The notes beneath the pieces are model-generated. The model made no database searches and was not told the DNA's origin. It saw only the letters and a list, made by a program, of their open reading frames with translations. A program made the position numbers and the translations under genes. A stretch of 64,000 bases of DNA from Nemertoderma westbladi (Eukaryota > Animalia > Xenacoelomorpha): assembly GCA_032718475.1 (NCBI GenBank), contig JAUCBJ010000097.1:32889-96888 (forward strand), written 5' to 3'. Below, piece by piece: positions 24,821 to 36,628 of this stretch. The first letter of the stretch is position 1. Each line of letters begins with the position of its first letter.

Positions 24821-25232
24821 TGTGGAAGCGCTATCGGCGCCCGGTCCCGGATCCACGGCCACGCACTATCCCGCTCGAGGGGTGAGCTGGAGAAGACTGA
24901 AGTGAAACTAGCTGCAGTATATCAGTATATTGTGTATTGAGTTGAGATACATGAATAACAAATAATGATATGATACAATCAGACAATGAAACTAATAACG
25001 AACTACCTACAAAACATGACTGACAACCCTACACCGGTAAGTCATCTCAATAACTAAACTGAATGATAACTGCTGACTGCGCCCTGCCCCCAGGACTATA
25101 TCCCTGACAGCTACCGTACAACCAGCTGTTCTGTTCACACCCTAGGATACTACTATATCATACCTACTTAACCTATACAATACATACTAATCAGTCCAAT
25201 AATACACCATCCCATAATACAATATCACAGAT

Positions 25233-28200
25233 TGGTTAGGTAAGTCTCATGAATACCAAAGTTCTATGGTCATTGGAGCTGTGGCTTCTACTTTACCGAA
25301 AGGTGGGGTAGGCACACGCTGGGATAAGAAAGTACTATATATGATGGAACAACAACGACGAGACCCTACCATGGCTGATCTCATGTCATTCTTGGATGGA
25401 GAAGTGAAATTGCAACTCCTCAAGCAGTCCCGAGAGAAGACACCGGAAAACAAGGTAAGTGAAAAACCCGTCTCTAGGAGAAAGGTAACACCAGTGTGTT
25501 ATACAGACGACGGCGAAAGCCAGACTTCTCCAGGAGAAGATAGCGGGAAAGACACTGATAGATCTTATTATGTCAATAAAATGCCTAAAGATCAGGTAAG
25601 TAAATTCAAGTCTCGAGCAAATGACAGGAGAGAACAGGTAAGAAAAACTCCTCCCACGTCTCCCAAGAGAATTCAGGTGAGAAAGCCCGAAGAAAAGGCA
25701 AGTGTACACAATGTGACTCAGAATAAGGTAAGTAACATCAAACCGAAATGTGCGCTGTGTGACGGGACCCACCATTTGAATAGGTGTGATGAATTTCTAA
25801 AGAAATCATTAACGGAGAGACGCGAAGTCATGTGGGATAAGCGGTTATGTTATAATTGCCTCAGACAAGGAGACCAACGGCGAACCTGTTTCTCTGACAT
25901 AAGGTGTGCAAAGTGTGGTGCGAAACATCATATCTTGTTGCACGCTGAATTCGATCGAAATAGTCCGAATCAGGTAAGTGATTCCGAGCTACATGTCCAA
26001 TTCAGTGATGTGAACGACACTGATCAATCTGAGATGGAAGGATTCTATACAGACGAGTTCTCCGACGAAAACGAATCCTGTTACATGATAAATACCGCAG
26101 TGTATCGAGCACTCACATATGAAAAGGATACAGACAACGACTTCACTCTAACTACTTCTGAGCGACAACCATCTTGGAAAGAGCCATCTTCCAATGTAGG
26201 GATCCGAGAGTTTCCTGTGGTGCAAGTAAGGGTTCACGGACCTAAGGGGAGTTATGTAGTGAACGCCCTCCTGGACTCCGGCAGCACAGGAACATTCATC
26301 GACAAAGAGCTAGCCGAAGATATATTTGCTGGACAACCCAAGTTCCAAACTAAGCTCAACATGTCCGGCATTATGCAAGTTTGGAAATCTACAATAACAG
26401 CTGATTATTATGTAGGCGCGTTGTCCACCCCACAAGACGAACTAGGAGAACATAGCATAAGGTCAGTGAAAATGGTGGCTATAAAGAACTTCGCTACTAC
26501 TCAAGCAGACCTTTATAATTGGGACGAGGATGAGAGCATCCAACATCTTAACATACCTCGATTCCAGACTGATTATCCTGGAGTGCAAATGCTCATCGGC
26601 CAAAACGCGCATGAGGCGCTGGAGACATTGGAAAAACGGCCTGCTCAACCGCAGCCACTACAGACCTATGCGGTAAGAACTAGAGTAGGTTGGTACTTTA
26701 CTGGCCCTTCCCGTAGAACACTCAAAGAAAGACTACCGCAAGAGCGCGTCTGCCAGGTGAGTGAATGGGAAGATGATACTAGTGAAGGAGACGATTTAAC
26801 TGAGGGAACCCCATACTCCTCAGATAACGACGACATTCACCAGCTTTTTGATGAGCAGAATACCATCGACCTCCTTAAGGAAAACGATGCTTGGCAAAAC
26901 CAAGTGAACTTATGTCAACTTCTTTATCCAACAGAACGGGAAGCTTATAACGACGAGTTAAATGACGTCATTGAGCGTCATAATGCCAAGACTCGGGATG
27001 AACATGCCGTACGATTCTTTACGCAAGAGGCGGTAGAGCCCAATTCCTACGATAAAGCCTTGTCGGTGGAAGAGGAAAGGGCCAAGCAGATCCAAGAGAC
27101 AACTACACGTTTCCTCAAAGATCAAGGTAGGTATGAAGTCGGTCTACCTTTCCGCAAGAAAGAACCGAAGTTCATCAATAACAGACCTTTGGCGGAAAAA
27201 AGAATCGCGCAACTCCATCGACGCCTTACGGCTAATTCTTCAGCTAAAGCAATGTATCAAACACAGCTGGAAAAATTTATTAGTAAGGGATACGCGGAGA
27301 GAGTACCGGAAGAAACACCTGTGACTGAAAGAACGTATTACTTAACTCACCATTACGTTCCTAAACCCGGTAAGCCACACGAAGTGAGAGTAGTGTTTGA
27401 TGGCTCCGCTCTTTACATGGGTCAATCCCTTAACTCTGAATTGTTACCCGGACCCAACTTGCTTCAATCTTTGTTGGGAATTCTTTTAAGATTGAGACAA
27501 TATTCGATTGCTTTCGCCTCCGATATAGAAGGCATGTTCTTACAAGTCAAGGTGTTGGATAGGGATCGGGATAGTCTACGATTTCTGTGGTGGCCCGAAG
27601 GAGACCTCAACCAGAAACCGGTGGAGTACTGGATGACCATCCAGGCCTTTGGGATAATCTCAAGCCCTTCCAACGCCTGTTCGGTAGTGCGTACCACTGC
27701 AGAGGACAACCGAGAGGCATTCTCTAAGGAAGTGATCGACAACATCAAGAGAGACATATATATGGACGACAATCTGAAGTCCCTCCCATCAGTTGAGGAA
27801 GCCATTGAGGTCGCTAAAGGAACGGTAGAGTGCTTAAAAAGAGGTGGGTTTCGATTAACGAAATTCACCAGCAACTCCCGTGAGTTTCTGGAGTCGATCC
27901 CTGCGGAAGATCGAGGAGCGAAAGATCTCGATTTAATCAAAGATGATCTGCCAGAAACCAAGACACTAGGCTTGAAATGGGACACAGAGCGAGATATCCT
28001 GTTTTTCCAGCTAAAACAGCGAGATAATCCAGTTCGAACCAAACGGATTTGCTTAAGTATACTGAGCACTTATTTCGATCCATTGGGATTTATTAGCCCA
28101 GTTATATTGATTGCTCATAGTTTGGTACAACAAATGTGGCTTGAAAACCACTCATGGGACGATCTACTTAAGGGAGAATTATTGAAGAAGTGGATGGAAT

Positions 28201-30644
28201 GGGAAGATTCTCTGCCGGCTATCGAGGATTTTATAATTTCCCGTTCATATTTTGGTCATGTTCTCCCTACGTATTCCTATCAACTCCATGTGTTTGGAGA
28301 CGCCAGCGATATGGGAATAGGTATAGTAGCCTACCTAAGAGTGGAAACTCCGGATGGAATCAAAGTCGCCTTGGTTACTTCTAAGGCATTAATCAACAAC
28401 AAGTTGAAAGTTCCTCGAGCGGAGTTAAAGGCGGCTCTATACGCTACAGCCATCGGCCGGAATGTAATGGAACAGATTGACTATCCATTAGAGAAAACTG
28501 TCTATTGGACCAACGCTTTACTCGTGTTAGAGTATATCACCAATGAAGTCTGTCAGTTCAGCGTCTTCGTTACCAACAGAGTAGCCATCATACTTAGTCG
28601 CACGACGATGGATCAATGGAGACATTGTCCCGGAACGATTAATCCAGCAGACATCGCTTCCAGGGGAGCGACTCCAAAGGAATTGGTAAATACTCCCGAA
28701 TGGTTAGGAGGACCTGACTTTCTCTACAGAGAAGAAGAAGAATGGCCTCCCCATCTCACAATAGCAGAAATCAGACAGGCCAAGGGAGCGGAGAAAGTTA
28801 AACCCAAAACTCGAGCGAGTAAATCGAAGTTGTTTAAACCTGCGGTTGATCTATCTGTATTATTTACTTCCGGAGAGGATGCTTTGGATCAGAAACCCAC
28901 CGCCACGGATAAAGAAGTCTTGGAAATCCGTGACAAGGATTGGAAATCTGGAATACCAGATGTCGCGCAAGGACACTCACCTCTCTTGCAGAGAGCGATA
29001 CGTCACTACAGTTCCTGGAATCGGCTCTGTAAAGCCGTCACCTATTTAAAACGATGTTTTCATCATCGTTACTCCGGGACAAAGACCAATAGTGATGATG
29101 CTCCATCAACATCTGCACGAGTCCATGTTGTTAAAGACCTTCCCCAATACAAGATATCCGACAGGTTTCTAAAGGAGAAGATCAGTTACCAGGAGCATGA
29201 TGAAACCAACAAACAGATGCTGAGACTCCTACAATGCTATGAGGATCCCGATAAGTATTTCCTGTTGTTAAGAAATCCGCAGATGCGCTTAAGGGATCGT
29301 TTCTCTAGTACCATGATAGATGGGTTAATACGTGTTGGAGGCAGGCTAACCAACGCCCCATTATCCTTTGACACTAAGTTTCCCATCCTCATTAGAAATC
29401 TTGACATACAAATCAAGATAATTGTAGATGTTCATAGCAAACTGTATCATGCTGGAAGAGAATGAGTTCTGAGCGAAATTCAAACTCGCTACTATTTTTA
29501 TAAACCCCGTAGGGCTCTGAACCAAGTTCTTAGGAACTGCATACCCTGTAGGAAAGCATTCAGTAGGCCTTTAACACAGCGAGAGGCAGAATTACCTAGG
29601 GAAAGAGTAAGCTTCTATGAACCACCCTTTACTAATACCGGTGTGGATTTATTTGGCCCTATTGAAGCATATCGTGCCCGGACTATAGTCAAGAGATGGT
29701 GTGTCATTTTCGTTTGTATGACTTGTAGAGCTATCCATCTCGATATGGTAAACGATCTATCCACCAACAGCTTCGTGTTGAGTTTACGACGACAGATCGC
29801 TCGCTTCGGAACCAGTAACACGATGAGATCGGATAAGGGAACGAACTTCATTGGCGCCAACAACGAAATTCAAGCTTACGTAAAGGACTGGAACAAAAGA
29901 CAGGTGGACGATCAGCTAAGGATAACAGCGTCTAGCTGGACCTTCAACGCCGCCGACGCCCCTTGGTGGGGAGGAAGTTGGGAGAGATTGATTAGGAGCG
30001 TGAAGACTGCGTTCCACTTTATTGTGCCTTGTCGCGCTTATCTCACCGACGAACTATTGCGGACGTTAATGGAGGAAATCGCCGCTTATCTCAATGAAAG
30101 ACCGCTTATGCCAGTCTCTTCAAGTCCTGATTCCCTGGAAGCGCTAACACCCGCGCACTTTCTACTGAAGAAACCCGTAGCCATGCTCCCACGATCGGAG
30201 ATCACAGACGGAGACGAGTACTGCCGTCGAACCTGGCAACTTATGCAGTTGCTATCCCGTCGTTTCGCTGACCATTTCGAGAAACATTACCTGCCCACTC
30301 TACAATTTCGAACTAAGTGGTTTGCACAGCAAGAAAACGTCAGCGCTGGAGACATGGTGCTTATTGTGGACCCCGATCTCCCACGTAAGCGATGGCAAAC
30401 AGGACGTATCATCGAGACTTATATCTCGAGCGATGGTTTGGTGCGATCAGTAGAGCTCGTCGTCATGCGGCGGAACTTTAAGAAACCAGGGATAGTCTTT
30501 GAGACTCAACAGCTCAATCGCCCAGTGGGTCGTTTATGTTTACTGGAAAGAGACAGAGAGCTCTCCGGAAACTATGGAAGGCAAGAAATTCTTCCCACGA
30601 CCACTTCCCTAATCCAACCGACATCTAGGGACTCCCCAACTTAA
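25233..30644 (+). pseudogene. pol: BEL gag-pol, part 2 (Zn knuckles, PR, RT, RNase H, IN) with premature stop at 29463-29465
   Basis: In frame with part 1 after removing the insert (RQLD|WLGK); LLDSGST, VRVVFDGS, YMDD, VFGDAS, PRAEL, GVDLFGP, SDKGTNF, GGSWERL; AGRE*VLSE is probably TGG>TGA. Confidence 0.92.
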
Positions 30645-32296
30645 TATCGTTCGGAGTGGGCGTGTGACTCTATTATTCATATTATTTTATTATTTTTATA
30701 TTTATGTATGTATTACTATGTAATTTTATTATAATCGTTTTATTTAATTTAGTAGAATATTATTTAGCGATTATTTTGTAGAATAGTGCAATATATTCGT
30801 GTTTATTACGTACGTAATTACTTATATTATATTTAGTGCGACGGCGAAGAAATAATAATTTTTTCTCTTTCCTTACTGTCCGTATTATATTATAAATACG
30901 TAACTACAGTAAGATGACATATCCGTACTTATTAAAGTACAATAAAGCCACTACTATATTTAAGTATTATTGGTAGGCAGAGTATTAGGAATGCAAAGTT
31001 CAGATCCTCGTGTCTCGGCTAAACCAAGCTCTGGGTAGACCTTGGAAACGACTTGCCTCTTCACACTGACATTGCTTCGTGCGATATTGCTCTCATACCG
31101 TATATTAAATAATACATATAGTAGCGTGATGTCCCTTTAACAGTAGCGTATAACGCAAAATAAATCTGTTAAACCCTTTGACCATCTGTAATTCTAGTCG
31201 ATTAAGATATCGCGGCACCCACCGATATACTTGAAAGACAAATTCTAGAATCAGTGGTTAACGTCCCCAGACAAGTTCTGGAATAAATTGGTGCCCATCT
31301 CAAATATTAATTAATTAATATTTGCAAAATCTAATAAATCAAAATCTGTAAAATTCAGATCCTTCAATAATTCTAGTCAATTAAGATATCGTAGCATTTA
31401 CCGATATTCTTAAAAAAGACAATTGTCACAGAATTAAGGATCTTGTGTCCCCAGACATGTTCTAGAATCAAAACATGTCCATTTAATTATCAAATAATAA
31501 AATTTCAGGGGATCAATTTAAATTCATGCCTTTTAATGAATTTAATAAATTGCCATTTTTACGCAATTTATAAAGTTCCCAAAATTCCATTAATTAATAG
31601 ATCAAGGGAGCGGAGATTTATCTTATTATGCATATGAGTGTGCGAAAGTCTCCCAAACATAGTCAATAGCCGATAAAATTCATAAAGTCATGTATAAAAC
31701 AGAACATTGACTATTAAAGAATACTATTAAATAACATCCCAGATCTGTATGCATTGGAATTACCCTAATTCTACCGCTAGCTTTGCATAATGTCACCCTA
31801 GCAACAACCACGCTAGAATTAGAATGGAGTTAAAAGAACAATAGAAAGCTTGTCCCATTGAATAGCATAGGGAATAAATAGCGCACTACTAGTATCCAAG
31901 GATACATAATAATACAGTGACATTCTGGAAGGCATTGACTAACGGACAAATGGCCCGAATGTGCGTAGTTGTGACCAGTTGTGTGGTATTTGTGAGTTTA
32001 TAGGTGAATGTTACTGCTAAAGTGTGTTTACAGTAGCTAGTCGCAATCGTAAAAGTAACCTAACTCTCCAAGGAATACCTGAAGTACATCTAAGCCTTTG
32101 GGACGGACAGTTGAGTGACTTGTGCCGGTTATCGTTGTCGTTGTACGGCTACGTCGTTGGCGAAAGTATAGCGACAGCGGTACATCGGCGCTGAGAATCT
32201 CATACTGTCCGGGGGCAAGGGAGAAATAGGCAGCGACGCCCGCTCGCCTAACAATATATAAACTCATTATAATATTGGTGAACTCGTATAGCAGAT

Positions 32297-35200
32297 ATGA
32301 CTGAATTAATAGAAGATGATCTTGGTATCAGGGAGAGATATACTCTACCTATACAAGCGTTTGTCGATAGCTTGATACGCGGCGACGCTGATCCAACTAC
32401 TACGGAGGACGATGGTCGTTATATCGAACCGCCAATGTCCCAGGAGCAACTTACGCGTGAATTGGACTATAGAAAGTTCACGGCTCGCTATACGCATCGT
32501 AATGGTATGTATATGGACTTCTTAACTACCGGCCACCCTATCGATTTACACGATACGGACGATGTAGACACCGAAAGGGAAATGGTTTTATTTAAATATC
32601 ATACCCAGCGGAGTCGAAACGATAAATCGAGAATAGAACACGAGAACTCTATTCGAAACAAACTCGAAAGAGAAGATGTTGAAGAACCCGATAAACGTAA
32701 CGGTTTCAACGATTATCTAGAATTCTTAAGAGAGACCTATCTCAATGTTGCCAGTGAACAAAACCTCGAAACTCGATATCCTCAAGGTATACATCCAGAT
32801 CCTATGATGGAACTCAAACGGCTCTATTTTACGATGATGTATCCTACTGCTGATCGACCGCTACCTGTCGTTCCAGATAGTTTCGAACAGATGGAGGAAT
32901 ATTGTAAAACTGGAGAGCGATCACCCGCGTTTCCTCTTCAAGACGTGCGTCTTTGGTATTACTGTGACGAATGCCCTAGACCTAACCAGCAAATCGAAAG
33001 GCATAAACATCCTCGGAGACGTTGCGCTAAACACAGTTTTACGCGATATACTTATGGGGGTTTCGAGCATAACCTTTTCGACGTATCACCTACGGTCGCG
33101 CGCCTTAAGCGATCATTGAATAAACCCATGATCAGAGTTCCGGAATACTCGGTCAGACCTCCCCATTCCCAAGTGATACCTCAAACTCTAGATCCTAATA
33201 GTATTACGGATCCTCCCGAACTGTACTCACTGTTCAAAGATCTGGTGTTACCTGAACAGTTGATTGGTGCCACTCCGGTAGTGGGTTCGTTGGATATTCG
33301 CCAACCTTACCTCGCTGGACTAGGACGCGGTCATCTAATATCACCGTTTAACCCCTACAACCGTCCTGGCCTTCCTCCGATCCAACCTGTTACAGAAGTC
33401 GAAGAGAGCGTGATACGAAATGCATTGGACGCTATTCGGCAGAAAATCGGAAAAGGAACTTACGATTGCTTGGAGAAACGTAAATTGCAACAACAAGTCC
33501 AAGCGGTGAAAGAACTAGCTTTACCCCAGTTCGATAGAGAAATACAAAATCTAGAGGAGGACATCGAACGTGGACGAACCTACTCTTTACAGGAATTCCT
33601 GGACGAGCGCTTGCAACAACAAGCGGAGGAAAATCAGCTCGAGGAGAGACATATAGAGCTGACTGAGAGGGAAGAAGCATCTTTAGCCCAACCAGAAGCT
33701 CAAATTCTTGTGACGGATCTCTATTCCAAAACGATTCTCCACCCCTCGATGGTTCCTCATTTTAAAGACAAGCTCTTTGCTACGGTACAGCCTCAACCGG
33801 TTAACACCGATCTCAGATCTCAAGAGCTCGTTGCTGACGCTCCCATGCTACAACGTCCACCCGTCGAGGCTGCTCGTGTCGATGGCGTACTTGTTGAGCC
33901 TCCGGACAATAGAGCGGATCTTGTCCGTCGCATGGTGCACGATGTTAACATACGCGCTAGACCTTTGCCGGACTCATTTTATGGAATTAAGGATCATCCT
34001 TATTACGTCAATTTAAAGCAATATTACATGGTAAAACCAGAAGATCCTACGCATAGTCTGAAGTTTCTACCATTGATCAATCCTCTCGACCTCGTCGAAC
34101 TCGAACAACTACAAAAACATCTAGATCAGCTAGTTAAATTAAACTCATTTCGAAAACCGTATAATATTTCCAGAATAGAGAAAGAAATATTACCCCCGTA
34201 CAATCTTGATGGATTCATTAAAACTCGATTGGTACACTGGAATCTTGACGTGTTATTCGAGGAAGAAAGAATAAAACGATATGGAGATGTGGAAACCTAT
34301 ACTACACAATGCTTAAAGTATAGAGATTTACCCAATGCTAGCGAATGCACTACTTTGTGGCATCCCGTGGGAATGACTCTCGAAAACGCCACTAAAGAAT
34401 GGAATGAGACTCTTAACGTTATCGAGATGTATGGCGTTGTTACTTATGACAACGAAGGTAGCGTTCCGGTGGGAGAACTAGGAACTACGCGAATGATACA
34501 TATACGAGGACTCGCTGGTTCTACCCACGTATTCACTCGAGCGTGTTCCGACATGATCGATTATTCTTTTGAAACCCTTACGGAGACACAAAAGAAACTT
34601 CGACATGGACAATTCGAGCTCGCGCAGCGTTACGTCACCGACACCGAGCGCAAACCGGCCATGGGTATCGACGGATCAATGTTACCCCAACCCGTGCTCG
34701 AAATGTTGTTTAACGAAAGAATCCTAAAAATCGGCTCAGCTGTTTATGGAGATCTCCAAAACGACTTCCGGAATATGGAAAACATTCCATACCCTTTCGT
34801 TGATACTCAGCTGATTGCTCCTTGGGCCGAAGGCCGAGGTTTCTTTCGCACTATGTATGCCAATACACCCAGCGACATTACTAAAGTACAACGGACGTCC
34901 ATCGGACATCTTGCCTTTCAAGAATATGGATGGAACTTCAAAGTTGGAAATCCTATCAATTACCAGCAGGTATATGGAGATCATTACTCCCGTTTATATT
35001 TTGACGGACCATTAACTGCGCCTGGTGCAGTATATAGCTTTATGAGTGTTCCACTTCGCCCTTCCTTAGCTATATACACGATCTTTGAAAACGCAGCACT
35101 TGCCGGTTGGCTAGCCGATGTGTGCAGTCGTACCATACGCGCTCACCCGTTAATACTTGGAACTAAACTCGCCAAGTTAGACGAACACAATAAGTTCATA

Positions 35201-36550
35201 CGTTTCGAATGTTTCCGGCGCTTTCTGACTCCGTTCCGTAACGTCGATAGTCAGTTCAAGGACCGCGCGCTGACCAAGCTCAGTCTTAGAGACTCAGCTG
35301 CGGAGAAACTGAGTAGCGCTGGATTTGCCGTCTTTCAAGACGTTTGTATACAGAACCTACATTCATCCGTTATACAAAGACCCCGAATATCTACAGGTTA
35401 TTCTGTCGTGGAAATACAGACAGTGGGTCCACTTACGGAAACCGACGCACCCACTTCGTCTATGCAGCTGGAGGATGAACCAGTATGCTTGGAATCAGAA
35501 GCGATTCAACCTACGGCTTCCCGGAGCAGTGACAATGATTATGTCATAGAGTGGTATCAAGGTCCACAGCGTCTCACAGCGTACGATTATCGACACGCCA
35601 ACTACGTTTCCCGAAAACGTTGTCGATTATGCGCATCGAGAGACCACTTCACTCCTCTAGACTCGAGCGTACCTTGTTCCTATTTCCTCAAACAACCGAT
35701 GATGGAAATATATTGTGCTTATTGCCGGCTTAATAACTCTCATATATTTGCCGTCTGCCCACAATTTATGACTCAATGTCACTACTGCCAACTTAAAGGA
35801 CATGAAAGTTACAATTGTCCCTTTAATCGCGATTTAGAGAGCGTAGACGAGATGATCACCCTGCGATACATCCGAGCTTGGGAAGCGAACGCCGATTTAC
35901 ATTGCGAATCCCGACATCGCTATTACCCTGGACGAGCTTACGAGGGAGTTTACGTGTTCCATCCTTATCTATTCGCGTCGATTGAACAGAAAACACACGT
36001 ACCAAGTTACGAGTTAATGAAGCGTGTTGGTGAGTGTATTTCCACCAAGTTTGTCAGGAAATACCTTAGAAACGTTAACCCTAATGATATAACCACATAT
36101 CACCTGATCAATTTTATCCGTCAGGACCCTGGGTATGGCGACATCTTTGTGAACTCGCATCCTGAACTACAGGAAATATCTCGGCGACCATATGAATATC
36201 GAACCCGAGAACGCGAGCTGGAGAGAACCATTAAACCGAGAAAGTTCCTCACCACTCACGGTCCACCCACCGCTAGTGTCCAGACGACCCGTCAAGGACC
36301 CGTAGGAGCTGCTGTCCTGAGACGCGCTCTAAAGGCCGTTAGACCTCACTCCACTGAGGTTGATATTAATCAACCAGGTACTTCGACCGGCGGGTATACC
36401 GATCGTAACCCTGCACCTTCTGATGCAATTATATTGCACCCTTCGCCTAGGAGCTACAGCCCTCCTCGTAAAGTGGCTCGCCCCAAAGAGAAAAGGACTC
36501 TTGCTAGCTTTAAAAAACTGCGTAAACGCCGTCCACGCAAGAAAGACTAA
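32297..36550 (+). CDS. Extra BEL ORF: 1417-aa protein with putative DEDDy (WRN/MUT-7/EXD-like) 3'-5' exonuclease, CCHC zinc knuckles and basic C-terminus
   Basis: Intact ORF between pol and 3' LTR; ExoI VVTYDNEG, ExoII LPQPVLEMLFNERILKIGSAVYGD, FVDTQLIA, SIGHLAFQEYGWNFK, ExoIII-like PLRPSLAIYTIFE; CHYCQLKGHESYNC; KKLRKRRPRKKD. Confidence 0.8.
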   Translation: MTELIEDDLGIRERYTLPIQAFVDSLIRGDADPTTTEDDGRYIEPPMSQEQLTRELDYRKFTARYTHRNGMYMDFLTTGHPIDLHDTDDVDTEREMVLFKYHTQRSRNDKSRIEHENSIRNKLEREDVEEPDKRNGFNDYLEFLRETYLNVASEQNLETRYPQGIHPDPMMELKRLYFTMMYPTADRPLPVVPDSFEQMEEYCKTGERSPAFPLQDVRLWYYCDECPRPNQQIERHKHPRRRCAKHSFTRYTYGGFEHNLFDVSPTVARLKRSLNKPMIRVPEYSVRPPHSQVIPQTLDPNSITDPPELYSLFKDLVLPEQLIGATPVVGSLDIRQPYLAGLGRGHLISPFNPYNRPGLPPIQPVTEVEESVIRNALDAIRQKIGKGTYDCLEKRKLQQQVQAVKELALPQFDREIQNLEEDIERGRTYSLQEFLDERLQQQAEENQLEERHIELTEREEASLAQPEAQILVTDLYSKTILHPSMVPHFKDKLFATVQPQPVNTDLRSQELVADAPMLQRPPVEAARVDGVLVEPPDNRADLVRRMVHDVNIRARPLPDSFYGIKDHPYYVNLKQYYMVKPEDPTHSLKFLPLINPLDLVELEQLQKHLDQLVKLNSFRKPYNISRIEKEILPPYNLDGFIKTRLVHWNLDVLFEEERIKRYGDVETYTTQCLKYRDLPNASECTTLWHPVGMTLENATKEWNETLNVIEMYGVVTYDNEGSVPVGELGTTRMIHIRGLAGSTHVFTRACSDMIDYSFETLTETQKKLRHGQFELAQRYVTDTERKPAMGIDGSMLPQPVLEMLFNERILKIGSAVYGDLQNDFRNMENIPYPFVDTQLIAPWAEGRGFFRTMYANTPSDITKVQRTSIGHLAFQEYGWNFKVGNPINYQQVYGDHYSRLYFDGPLTAPGAVYSFMSVPLRPSLAIYTIFENAALAGWLADVCSRTIRAHPLILGTKLAKLDEHNKFIRFECFRRFLTPFRNVDSQFKDRALTKLSLRDSAAEKLSSAGFAVFQDVCIQNLHSSVIQRPRISTGYSVVEIQTVGPLTETDAPTSSMQLEDEPVCLESEAIQPTASRSSDNDYVIEWYQGPQRLTAYDYRHANYVSRKRCRLCASRDHFTPLDSSVPCSYFLKQPMMEIYCAYCRLNNSHIFAVCPQFMTQCHYCQLKGHESYNCPFNRDLESVDEMITLRYIRAWEANADLHCESRHRYYPGRAYEGVYVFHPYLFASIEQKTHVPSYELMKRVGECISTKFVRKYLRNVNPNDITTYHLINFIRQDPGYGDIFVNSHPELQEISRRPYEYRTRERELERTIKPRKFLTTHGPPTASVQTTRQGPVGAAVLRRALKAVRPHSTEVDINQPGTSTGGYTDRNPAPSDAIILHPSPRSYSPPRKVARPKEKRTLASFKKLRKRRPRKKD

Positions 36551-36620
36551 TTGTTTAGAGTATTTATGTATATTAGAAATTGTGATTTCGTATATTTTAT
36601 AGACTTAAATCCCATTTTCT

Positions 36621-36628
36621 GGGAGCGG
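36621..36628 (+). promoter_or_regulatory. Polypurine tract of BEL element
   Basis: GGGAGCGG directly before the TG of the 3' LTR. Confidence 0.7.

Larger units (their letters stand above)
17957..25229 (-). mobile_element. Intact Ty3/Gypsy LTR retrotransposon nested in BEL gag
   Basis: 409-bp LTRs at 17957-18365 and 24821-25229 (no differences seen), TG..CA ends, PPT at 18366-18377, flanking GAT duplication. Confidence 0.96.

Noticed and set aside
32297-36550. env gene
   Set aside because: No signal peptide or hydrophobic TM anchor; nucleic-acid-binding motifs instead
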